From Synechococcus sp. (GTDB lineage: Bacteria; Cyanobacteriota; Cyanobacteriia; Thermostichales; PCC-7336): 57,604 nt of DNA. How positions within the stretch are numbered: the first letter of the stretch is position 1; every line of letters starts with the position of its first letter. The notes beneath the pieces are model-generated. The model saw only the letters and a program-made list of their open reading frames with translations. It did no database searches and was not told the DNA's origin. The DNA is taken from contig JBFRWD010000111.1 in NCBI GenBank assembly GCA_051439425.1, positions 1 to 57,604 on the forward strand, written 5' to 3'. Made by a program: the position numbers and the translations under genes. Below, piece after piece: positions 20,626 to 29,706 of this stretch.

Positions 20626-21354
20626 TTAGGCCGGTATCAGCGAGAGATCGATCGCCGGAAACGCCAAACTGCAATCGACGCGACCCAACTGGCAAATGCG
20701 ATCGCGATAGGTGCAAGCAATCGTATCCGTCGCCGCTGGATAAATCGTGTCCCAGGCAATCCCGTTGTGGCCACGTTCGCTCCCAGAGCTATGAAGATAT
20801 CCTCCATTTCCCCAATAAATCGCCACGTGATCTACCCGTTGGCCAAACTGAAAAAACAGCAGATCTCCCGGCTGCAATTGCTCGAAATCTTCCGGGAGGG
20901 GAGGTTGCTGACCCATTGGCTGACAAAACTCCGCCTGCTGGTAAGAATCTCGCGGCACCCAGATCCCGGCAGAGGTAAAACTCCGCTGCACCAACCCCGA
21001 ACAATCAAAATTGGGGCCGATATTCCCCCCCCATAAATAGATATTCGTCACCTCTCGGGCCCGCTGCGCCCGCACCATCACTTGGGGCAACAGCAGCTCG
21101 ATCTCTTCCCGCGCCATCGCCGGTCTTGCCATCGGTGGGCGATCCACCGCTGCGACCATCCCGGGAATAGTGAGCACATTCGCAGCCAAAAACCCTCGAT
21201 AGCCATCTTCCAAAAGCTCCACATGCGCAGTACCGTCGTCCAACATATCCAGCACGTGAAAAAAGCGTCCCGACCACACCTGATTGGAGAGGCGATCGCA
21301 ACGGGCCGTTTCAAATAGGTCTAGGCTGGCTACACTTTGAAAAAGTTGGGTCAT
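20626..21354 (-). CDS. NlpC/P60 (C40) peptidoglycan peptidase
   Basis: YLWGG...FDCSGLVQ, PRDSYQQ, PGDLLFF, DHVAIY, YLHS catalytic motifs, with an SH3-like N-terminus. Confidence 0.92.
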   Translation of the reverse strand: MTQLFQSVASLDLFETARCDRLSNQVWSGRFFHVLDMLDDGTAHVELLEDGYRGFLAANVLTIPGMVAAVDRPPMARPAMAREEIELLLPQVMVRAQRAREVTNIYLWGGNIGPNFDCSGLVQRSFTSAGIWVPRDSYQQAEFCQPMGQQPPLPEDFEQLQPGDLLFFQFGQRVDHVAIYWGNGGYLHSSGSERGHNGIAWDTIYPAATDTIACTYRDRICQLGRVDCSLAFPAIDLSLIPA

Positions 21355-21372
21355 ACCGGTGGGTGAATAGAG

Positions 21373-22290
21373 GTGCAGCAGCAGTCGCTACCCAGTTTCG
21401 TCGATGCAGATCTGCAACAGCAGCTTGAGTCGGCAGTTGACTCCCTGATCCGAGAATGTAGTGCCACCGAAGAGCATCCGGGCGTACATCCCGACACCCT
21501 AGCGGTAACGGCGATCGACCTGGGGCAGCAACCTGCTGCATGGGCTCACTATCGCGGCGACGAGCTGATTTACCCCGCCAGTATAATCAAACTGTTTTTT
21601 TTGGCAGCATCATATATTTGGGAGGATGCCGGAGAACTCACTCATTCCGAAGAACTAAATCGTGCGCGTCGCAACATGATCGCGGACTCCAGCAACGACG
21701 CCACCTCCCTAATCGTTGACCTACTCACCGGCACCACATCGGGCCCGGAGTTGACACCGTCTGCCTTTCAGCTCTGGCAAAATCGCCGCAATACTCTGAA
21801 TCGTTATTTCCATCGTCTTGGACTATCGGGCAACTTCTGCCAAAAAACTTGGACGGATGGCCCCTACGGTCGAGATCGCCAGTCTTACCAGTGGAATACT
21901 GACAACCGTAATGCGCTCACCACCAATGGAACGGCTTGGCTGATGCATGCCATTGTCGCGGGACAGGTGGTCAATCCCGAGTGTTCCCGACAGATGTTGG
22001 ACATCATGGCTCGGGATCTCGACCCAGCCAGCTACGCAGACGATCCTGAAAACCAAATTCAAGGATTTTTAGGAGAAGCGCTGCCACGATCGGCCCGTCT
22101 GTGGTCAAAAGCCGGAGAAACCAGTTTTGCTCGCCACGACTGCGCCCTGATTCAATTGCCCAAGCGATCGCCCTATATCTTGGTAGCCTTCGGAGATGGC
22201 CCCGATTACTTCAAAAACGTGCACTGGCTGCCAACTCTGTCGCGATTGTGGATGGAACAGACTCGTCTGCTTGAAAGCAATCCCCAGTAG
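21373..22290 (+). CDS. Class A beta-lactamase-like serine hydrolase
   Basis: SxxK (ASIIK), SxN (SSND), KAG motif, RHD. Confidence 0.88.
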   Translation: MQQQSLPSFVDADLQQQLESAVDSLIRECSATEEHPGVHPDTLAVTAIDLGQQPAAWAHYRGDELIYPASIIKLFFLAASYIWEDAGELTHSEELNRARRNMIADSSNDATSLIVDLLTGTTSGPELTPSAFQLWQNRRNTLNRYFHRLGLSGNFCQKTWTDGPYGRDRQSYQWNTDNRNALTTNGTAWLMHAIVAGQVVNPECSRQMLDIMARDLDPASYADDPENQIQGFLGEALPRSARLWSKAGETSFARHDCALIQLPKRSPYILVAFGDGPDYFKNVHWLPTLSRLWMEQTRLLESNPQ

Positions 22291-22322
22291 CCAGAGCATT
22301 ACTCACAAAACCGTTGCTGGTC

Positions 22323-22367
22323 AGTGTTTGGCTGGATAGTTCTTAGCTGGATAGTGTTCGGCTGGAT
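22323..22367 (+). repeat. 15-bp tandem repeat x3
   Basis: agtgtttggctggat / agttcttagctggat / agtgttcggctggat. Confidence 0.8.
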
Positions 22368-22861
22368 AGTTTTTGTTTGGGAGATTTTTGGCTGACAACA
22401 GCAGCAGCGACCAACCCATCAGGACTCATGGCTGCCAACCAACGCAATCGACAAGACAAGATTTACAAAGTGCAGCACCAATTTAGCAATCTTATTCAGA
22501 TACCCGATGCGGAGGCTGCCAGTTTCTGGGTAACCTCTCTGAGATAACCGTGTCTCACGGCTTCGTATCGGTAGGTGACCGCTAAGTTCTTGAGGTGACA
22601 ACATCATTGACGATCGGCGATTAGCCGATCGCAGCGAGGTTACAATCCGCGAGGATGGTTTGAGTCTGCATAGTACTTGGCAGGTTAGTGTTATCCATAA
22701 CCGGCTATCTTCAAAGCCTCTCGTGGCCGGAAACGATCGCCTGCTCCTGCCATGAGCGCGGTTAGGTGCGTCGATTGAACGCACGGTGTGTTGTGTTGGT
22801 GTGTCCTTTGGCCTGCGAACGTTCAGTTCGCATCGTTTGATTTCACAACCTAGCACTCCCC

Positions 22862-24610
22862 ATGAGCAACACTGCATTTTCGAAAGCGACTATTGGGCGT
22901 CGCAATCTTCGCGATACCTGGCGATCTCGAATCGCCGCCATGATGGGAGGAGCACTGCTCGCAACCCTTTCCCTCGGCCATTCCTCTGCCCATGCAGCCC
23001 GCTTAGTTACCCTGTCATTAGGAGCCGCAGAGCGATCGATTGAGGTGAGCGATCTGGTCACCTTTGCCACAAGTGACGAAATTCCTCGTGGACTGCAGTG
23101 GTACGTCAATCGCTTCGAGCCGGATCAAGTTGAAGAATTTCGATCCCTGCTCAGCACTGAATTTGAAATCGAGCCCCTATCGATATCGCGATTTCTCAAC
23201 GGGCCGTTGGGCAGTATCTTGCTCGAACGGTTGCTCGTGCTGTTCCGCAACAATAACCCCGACGCCACCCTAAAAGCATTGCGCAGCGCCATTATTCTTG
23301 CTGCCTTCGATCGAGACGAGGGGTTTTCAATTATCAACATCATCCAAAAGTGGCCCCTACGGGAGGTGGAACTGAATTTTGATGTGGCTCTCGATGCGAT
23401 TGAAGATGCCGAACAACTGTTTGTGGAAACCGAGAAGATATCGGCGTATCTGAGGCAAGAGGCCATCATCGAGACAGCCAGTACGGAGCTGCCGAGCGAT
23501 CTCCCGAATCTCAGAGATGCGGGCACTCTTTCCTGGACGACCGAGTCCATCCAGTTGGTAAATCCCGATCGCATCGGTCGCAATCTGATTTCCGCCGACA
23601 TCTACATCCCTGAGGGAATAGATGAAGAAGCCCCACTGGCGATCGTTTCCCATGGTTTGGGATCGAGTCGCTCGACGTTTGGGTATCTAGCGGAGCATTT
23701 AGCCTCCCACGGCATAGCCGTAGCAGCGATCGAGCATCCCGCCAGCAACAGTGTCAGCGTCGAACAATTCTTTGCTGGCTTTCTCACACCGACAGCCGCC
23801 GACATTTTTTTGCAGCGTCCCCGCGATATCACGCTTTTGCTCAACGAACTTGAAGTCATGACAGCCTCTGGAGCCCGGTGGGACGGAAAGATCGACACCT
23901 CCAACGTGGGAGTGATCGGTCAATCATTAGGAGGCTATACCGTGTTGGCGATCGGTGGGGCCGAACTGGACATCACCTACTTGAGGCAAGAATGCGAGAC
24001 CACGATGCAGTCTCTCCCCTTTAATCTGTCAATCGAGCTGCAGTGCCAACTGCTAGACGTCGAGGAACCTCTAGACGATCGCTACTCGCTGCGGGACGAT
24101 CGTGTTGCTGCTGTGATGGCAATCAATCCAGTTAGTAGTGCAATCTTTGGACCGGAGGGCATGAAACAGTTGCAGATTCCGATCACGATTGTGGCCAGTC
24201 GCAATGATTTTTTCGCACCGGCAATCCCCGAACAGGTCTTTCCCTACATTTGGACGGGAACCCCTACGGACAAATATCTGATTTATGTCGAGAACGCCAC
24301 TCATTTTTCCTTTCTAGGAAACGGTCAGGGGGGAGCACGTTCTGCCCGATTACCAGGCGAAATGCTCGGTCCCGAACCCGAGGGTGCGCAGCCCGTGCTC
24401 AAGGCACTGGGGACAGCCTTCATGCAGCAATACTTGACCGAAACCGATACAGTGACCGGAATTTATTCCAACGCATACTTGGGGCGTATCGAGGATCCAT
24501 CATTTCAGTTCTTTCTGAGTGATTCATTGTCGATGGAAGACATCGATCGCGCGATCGCCGCTCCCCTCTCAGAAGAAGGGGTCGACCCCCTACCTATCCC
24601 TTTTTTCTAG
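22862..24610 (+). CDS. DUF1400 + alpha/beta hydrolase, exported
   Basis: Signal peptide (AHA), DUF1400-like N-terminus, SHGLGS, nucleophile GQSLGG, HFSF. Confidence 0.88.
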   Translation: MSNTAFSKATIGRRNLRDTWRSRIAAMMGGALLATLSLGHSSAHAARLVTLSLGAAERSIEVSDLVTFATSDEIPRGLQWYVNRFEPDQVEEFRSLLSTEFEIEPLSISRFLNGPLGSILLERLLVLFRNNNPDATLKALRSAIILAAFDRDEGFSIINIIQKWPLREVELNFDVALDAIEDAEQLFVETEKISAYLRQEAIIETASTELPSDLPNLRDAGTLSWTTESIQLVNPDRIGRNLISADIYIPEGIDEEAPLAIVSHGLGSSRSTFGYLAEHLASHGIAVAAIEHPASNSVSVEQFFAGFLTPTAADIFLQRPRDITLLLNELEVMTASGARWDGKIDTSNVGVIGQSLGGYTVLAIGGAELDITYLRQECETTMQSLPFNLSIELQCQLLDVEEPLDDRYSLRDDRVAAVMAINPVSSAIFGPEGMKQLQIPITIVASRNDFFAPAIPEQVFPYIWTGTPTDKYLIYVENATHFSFLGNGQGGARSARLPGEMLGPEPEGAQPVLKALGTAFMQQYLTETDTVTGIYSNAYLGRIEDPSFQFFLSDSLSMEDIDRAIAAPLSEEGVDPLPIPFF

Positions 24611-24731
24611 CGGGCGAGCGTTCGTGTAGCTGTCAAACCGACACTGCATGTCCAATCCAGCTCGCCTGTCCTCCAACCTTTGAAGACTTTATCCAGCCTC
24701 TTTTTCAAGCAGGTCGTCGATAGGCAGGTCG

Positions 24732-24836
24732 TATAGCAATCCGCTCTGAGGCCTGGCGTGTTGAGACAGCTAGCATCTTTTATTGGCAGGGAAAAATACT
24801 CAGAAAACTCTCTATAGCGGATTGCCGATCGCTATA
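24732..24836 (+). mobile_element. 105-bp MITE-like repeat A, copy 1
   Basis: TATAGCAATCCGCT...ATAGCGGATTGCCGATCGCTATA; aligns end to end with the copies at 31517, 40070, 43119 and 56174. Confidence 0.8.
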
Positions 24837-24862
24837 GACGCAAGTTGCTCGCAGATTAGCCA

Positions 24863-25270
24863 TTACGGCACCATCAGCACGGGACATGGGGATAACTGCA
24901 TAACCCGCGCACTGACGCTGTTAGTGGACTCTTCATCTTCGGCTAATCCCACACCGCGACAGCCCATCACAATTAGATTAACGTTCTCGTCATCTGCCAC
25001 ATCGCAGATGGCAAACGCCACCTTGCCCTCTGTCGTCATTGCCTTGACGGTACTCAATCCTGCTTTGCGCAGAGCATCCTGAGCCTGTTGCAGCAACTGC
25101 TGCCGCTGTTGCCGCAATCGCTCCACCTCGTCCACCCCCATTTCGCTGGGGTCGATGACCGACAACACAATCGTCTCGCAGTTGTATTTGAGGGCTAGAT
25201 CGGCGACCAGCGAGATGGCATGACTGGTTTCGAGCGAGCGGTCAAGGGGGAATAAAATCCTGTCAAACAT
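24863..25270 (-). CDS. Universal stress protein
   Basis: MFDRILFPLD.S, LIVMGCRG, SVSARV...PCPVLMVP. Confidence 0.93.
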   Translation of the reverse strand: MFDRILFPLDRSLETSHAISLVADLALKYNCETIVLSVIDPSEMGVDEVERLRQQRQQLLQQAQDALRKAGLSTVKAMTTEGKVAFAICDVADDENVNLIVMGCRGVGLAEDEESTNSVSARVMQLSPCPVLMVP

Positions 25271-25494
25271 CGGTCGACCCTAACGGCAGTTGTTCGTGCG
25301 ATCGTCAAGACGCCGCCAGTCAAAACAGCAGGGCAAGCACTGAAAATCACACCTTTAGATAAACCACAAAGCCGAAAAATTGGCCACGATTTCAAACCAT
25401 CAGCGCTGAAAAGGGAGTCAAGATTGCGTCATTTTCCAATCCAGGCCTCGATCTGAGCTCGCGACTCCCCTACAACTCGGTACAAACGCCATCA

Positions 25495-27204
25495 TTACCG
25501 CTCTGACGGCAATTGCATGGCCGGAGATTGTGTAGAAGGCGAGAATACTGCGTCTTGAGAAAACGGGTTAATACTCATGGGATCGGGGGGGGTGACCAGA
25601 GGAATGAAGTCCAAGTTATCCGCATACAATGCCGTCAAATCCAGTTGAATCACCTCAATCAATGCCTCTGCTCGCTCCTGTTCGGTAGCATAGGAAACGA
25701 GATTAAACAGGGCGAATGGCAGAAACGATCCCACCCCCGATAGAGAGCCAGCCAATCCCACAGCATCCCCCAACTCCGAAGGCAACCCAGAACCACCATT
25801 CCAACTCAGTTCGGCAAGATAGGACATGCTGTCATCATGATTGCTGACGTATTGCAGCAGCTCCAGCTTGAGTTGATTCAATGCCGGGTCGTAAATTGAC
25901 AAAGAGTCATCCCCCAGGACATCGAACGAGGATGCAGGCAGAGAATTGCTTGCGCCTGCCACATCACGATGGATGGCTAACAGCGTCTCCATCCCCTCGG
26001 ACAGTTGCTGTCTTTGGATGTCTAGTACGGCACGGTTGTAACGAGAAACAGGTTCGGGATCGGGAATACCACCTAGCAAGGGGCGTGCTTGTTGCTGGCG
26101 TCGCGCTTCTATAGCGAAATACTCGTCGGCAGATAGACAAGACTCTTCTGCATCGAGAGCATCATCCCCACAGTCTTCTAGCACAGACCGATCTTGCTGA
26201 TAGTAGGCGATTGCCCGATTATTCAATACTTCCTCCAACGGCGGCAATTCCGACAATATCTGGAGGGCAGCAGCGTAGTCTTGCTGTTGGTAATGAGCAG
26301 CAGCCACCAAATTAAGGCGGGCGGTGGTGTCTTCCACTTGTCGTTTACCAACCTCAATCGCCGATGTATAGTCGCCTGATTGGTAAGCCGCGTACATGCG
26401 AGCATGTGTCACGGCATCCGCCAGTCGAGGATCGCTAACATCCGCTGCGGATAGGGGGGCCAGCCAGTTTATGGCTTGTTGGTAATGGTGGAATCGGATG
26501 TATTCCTGAGCGATCGCCACGCGGGCTCTGGGGGTGGCCGGTCGGAGGAAGTGAAACCGCACAACATCCATCAGTCGCCGGTCATTCCGATGCAAAGCAG
26601 TGGCGCCAACCGCATCGGCAGGGGCCACCTCTACAGGGTCTTGACCGGACACGATCGCTTGAACGAGCAAATCTTCGCGGGTGACTCGGGCACAGCGATC
26701 GCTCGGTCGAGAGGCGGCAAATGCCCCCCCGACATCGACACCACATATCTGAAAGCTGGGAGAATCAAACCATTCTGCGCTCTGCTCATCTGATGAGGTC
26801 AGAGGCACTGGAGGCAGATTGGGCCGGGGGGGATGTAAATCTTCGGTCTGGATATCGAGAATGCGGATAGCTGCAGAAATGGGCTCCAGCGATGGCATGG
26901 AGATGGGCAAGCGGGCAGTGGCGCTAGTGCCGTTGAGTTCCACAACAGTGAAGGGAATTTCGGTGGATTCGAAGCGAGCAGACTCGGTAACGGCATACCC
27001 CTGAAGAGTCAGAGTGCCGCGATCGCCAATCCGAACGCCGCTATTTTTCCCTTGCTGCAGCAGCACTAAATTGGCTTGAGACGGGTGCGGCACGACGCCA
27101 ACAGGGATCTCACGATAGCCCAAAGACTTCGCCAGACCGGGCAATATTGTGCAACTTGCCAGCACAGTCCCGGCAACCAGCAATCCTTTCTCGAACACAC
27201 CCAT
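25495..27204 (-). CDS. Exported TPR-containing hypothetical protein
   Basis: N-terminal hydrophobic signal, G...GVRIGD beta-domain, TPR-like helices (YQSGDYTSAI, LNNRAIAYYQ, RYNRAVL). Confidence 0.7.
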   Translation of the reverse strand: MGVFEKGLLVAGTVLASCTILPGLAKSLGYREIPVGVVPHPSQANLVLLQQGKNSGVRIGDRGTLTLQGYAVTESARFESTEIPFTVVELNGTSATARLPISMPSLEPISAAIRILDIQTEDLHPPRPNLPPVPLTSSDEQSAEWFDSPSFQICGVDVGGAFAASRPSDRCARVTREDLLVQAIVSGQDPVEVAPADAVGATALHRNDRRLMDVVRFHFLRPATPRARVAIAQEYIRFHHYQQAINWLAPLSAADVSDPRLADAVTHARMYAAYQSGDYTSAIEVGKRQVEDTTARLNLVAAAHYQQQDYAAALQILSELPPLEEVLNNRAIAYYQQDRSVLEDCGDDALDAEESCLSADEYFAIEARRQQQARPLLGGIPDPEPVSRYNRAVLDIQRQQLSEGMETLLAIHRDVAGASNSLPASSFDVLGDDSLSIYDPALNQLKLELLQYVSNHDDSMSYLAELSWNGGSGLPSELGDAVGLAGSLSGVGSFLPFALFNLVSYATEQERAEALIEVIQLDLTALYADNLDFIPLVTPPDPMSINPFSQDAVFSPSTQSPAMQLPSER

Positions 27205-27469
27205 ACGTCCCGACAGAAACTACAAGCTAGGGGTCTGCAACCTGAAGCAGGTGAAGTACAGTACCGGGAACATGTCTATCAATCACATCCTAGAGGTTCT
27301 TCTTGAAGATTGGGTGTGGTAATTGTTGCTTTCTGCAACGGAACATTGTCAGCCTTCAAGGCTTGAGTCCTCGTCATCATCCCGAGTCAAGCGTCGAGCA
27401 TTGAGAATAATCTCCCAAAACAAAAACCTTCCAGACACAGTTATTGACTTGGCCAATTATTGACTTAGG

Positions 27470-27576
27470 TATGGTTTTCTGACGCATCAAGCTCAGCGTA
27501 GTGGATAGACAACATCCCCCTTGTCAACCTGAGATCGAGGCGGGTTTGATTTCCATAGCTGATACCGAGTGTTATT
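27470..27576 (+). mobile_element. Degenerate copy of MITE-like repeat A
   Basis: About 107 bp. The right end TTCCATAGCTGAT-ACCGAGTGTTAT and internal CCCTTG..ACC resemble the other copies; the left end is poorly conserved. Confidence 0.4.
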
Positions 27577-27819
27577 GAATCTCCAAAGTAATGGTCCTTG
27601 TTATTTAAGGCTTACTCTATCGAGCTGACGTTCTAGAAACACTTGATGAACACGACAAGCAACTCATGGTGCGCTGATTACAGAAAGTGGCAATATTTCA
27701 GACGATGGCGATGACCCTCTTTGAGTAGATCGCTGATTCACAAGTAAGGATGTCCATCGACTCGCGCCAGTAGAGAACCGCCAACCGCTATCCTGGGAGG
27801 GGTTTGTCGATCGCGAGGC

Positions 27820-29640
27820 TTGATGCTCCACACCGCAATCACCTGTATGAAGCGGGTTCGCCAGGTGTTGAGCATGCCAGTCGACCACACAGCCCGCAAC
27901 CAGACAGCCTGGGGACAGCGATCGCTCTATATCTGGTTCGTGGCCAGCATCGCATTCGCCGCTATGTCCGCTCTCATGGGCATGCACGAAGCCTTCAGCG
28001 AACCGGGAGTGATTCCTGACGATGCTCGCCAGCATCTCTTTTGGCTGCAAAAATTTAGCGATCCAGACCTATTTCAAAACGACTACATCGCGGACTACTA
28101 CCAATCGATTGCCCCTGCCGGATATACCCTGCTCTACCGCATCGCAGCAGCCGTTGGCCTGCATCCATTGCTGTTTAACAAAATACTGCCAGTGGGCCTG
28201 GCAATCCTGACCGCAGCGTGCAGCTTTTGGACGAGTATGGCTCTGTTTCCCATTCCCAGTGCAGCCTTTCTCTCCTCGCTGCTACTCAGCCAATCTCTGG
28301 CAGTCAGCGATATGGTATTTTCCGGCACCCCCAAAGCCTTTGTATTCGTGGCATTCCTAGGATTTTCCTGCATGTGGCTGCGGCGATCGCTCTGGGGAAC
28401 CGTCCTAGCTCTCATTCTCGAAAGCTGGTTTTATCCTCCGACAGTCTTGGTCTCTGCAGGAGTTATGGCACTGACATTCATGGACTGGCGACAGCGGCGC
28501 TGGCAACGCGATCGCCGCACCATTGTCGTGGGGCTGGTGGGTATAGCTGTAGCGGTTGGCGTGCTTCTGCCTTATGCCATCGGGACGAGCACGTATGGTC
28601 CAACGATCTCGGCAGCGGACGCCAAACTCATGCCCGAGTTTTATTCCGGTGGGCGCACCTCCTTTTTTAGCGATGACTGGTACGACTACTGGTTCAACGG
28701 TCGCAGTGGTCTGCGACTCAGCTCCGTCTTCACCCCGATGACACACCTATTTGGGCTCGGGCTGTTGGGCATGGTGTGGTTTCCCAAACGGTTCCCACTC
28801 GTACAAGCATTAACGCAACGATCGGGATTTATTGTGCGCTTGTTCTGCACTGCAATGGGACTCTATTTTGCTGCCCATCTCCTATTGTTTAGGCTATATC
28901 TCCCCAGTCGATATTCCTCCCATTACCTACGAATCGTCTTCTCTCTGGCCGCCGGGATTGCCATTTGTATCCTGCTCGACGCACTGTTGCATCACGCCAT
29001 CACCCTCCTAAGCCAACATATGTGTGGCCAGACGACGGCAGCACTCACCGTGACAACCGTGCGAGCGAGCGCCACTCTAGTCCTCGCCCTATCCATCGCC
29101 ACCATCACTGTGGGCTACCCTGCCACCATTTCCGGGTTTCCCGTCACGTATTTCGCCCAAGCCCACCAACTGGACTTATACGACTTTCTCGAAACCCAGC
29201 CCAAATCCAGCCGTATCGCCACCCTCAGCAATGAATCCAGCAATATTCCAGCACTAGCTCGGCGATCGGTGTTTGTGGGCAAAGAGTTTTCCTTGCCTTA
29301 CCAGGTGGGCTATTACCGGGAAATCAGTCGGCGAGTGCGCGACACGATGGCGGCTCAGTACAGCTCGTCGCCTGACGTAGTGCGGCAATTTATCGAGCAG
29401 AACGAGATCGATCTGTGGCTGCTCGATCGACGGTCATTCGTAGCTGCAGACGTAGCAGATAACAGTTGGCTAGCCCAGTTTCAGCCGACTTTTCAGCAGG
29501 TGCTGGCCAGTTTCGAACGCGAGGAACACCCCATACTGCAAAGAGTTGAAAGCACTTGCTCCGTGTTTTCAAATACCGCTCATTCGGTACTATCCAGCGA
29601 TTGCATCCTTCAGGAGTTAGAGACCGTTGCAGCAGAGTAA
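27820..29640 (+). CDS. Polytopic membrane protein, GT-C glycosyltransferase-like (paralog 1)
   Basis: More than 10 hydrophobic segments, first-loop DDARQH.FW...D.F..D.IADYYQSIAP.GY, LYLPSRY and a C-terminal soluble domain. The start is uncertain (possibly ATG 27874). Confidence 0.7.
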   Translation: MMLHTAITCMKRVRQVLSMPVDHTARNQTAWGQRSLYIWFVASIAFAAMSALMGMHEAFSEPGVIPDDARQHLFWLQKFSDPDLFQNDYIADYYQSIAPAGYTLLYRIAAAVGLHPLLFNKILPVGLAILTAACSFWTSMALFPIPSAAFLSSLLLSQSLAVSDMVFSGTPKAFVFVAFLGFSCMWLRRSLWGTVLALILESWFYPPTVLVSAGVMALTFMDWRQRRWQRDRRTIVVGLVGIAVAVGVLLPYAIGTSTYGPTISAADAKLMPEFYSGGRTSFFSDDWYDYWFNGRSGLRLSSVFTPMTHLFGLGLLGMVWFPKRFPLVQALTQRSGFIVRLFCTAMGLYFAAHLLLFRLYLPSRYSSHYLRIVFSLAAGIAICILLDALLHHAITLLSQHMCGQTTAALTVTTVRASATLVLALSIATITVGYPATISGFPVTYFAQAHQLDLYDFLETQPKSSRIATLSNESSNIPALARRSVFVGKEFSLPYQVGYYREISRRVRDTMAAQYSSSPDVVRQFIEQNEIDLWLLDRRSFVAADVADNSWLAQFQPTFQQVLASFEREEHPILQRVESTCSVFSNTAHSVLSSDCILQELETVAAE

Positions 29641-29706
29641 AGCGAGTGGGTTGATGATGGGAATTCCAGCAATTCAATATCAGTACAGGTCGATCGCACA
29701 TGAGGG

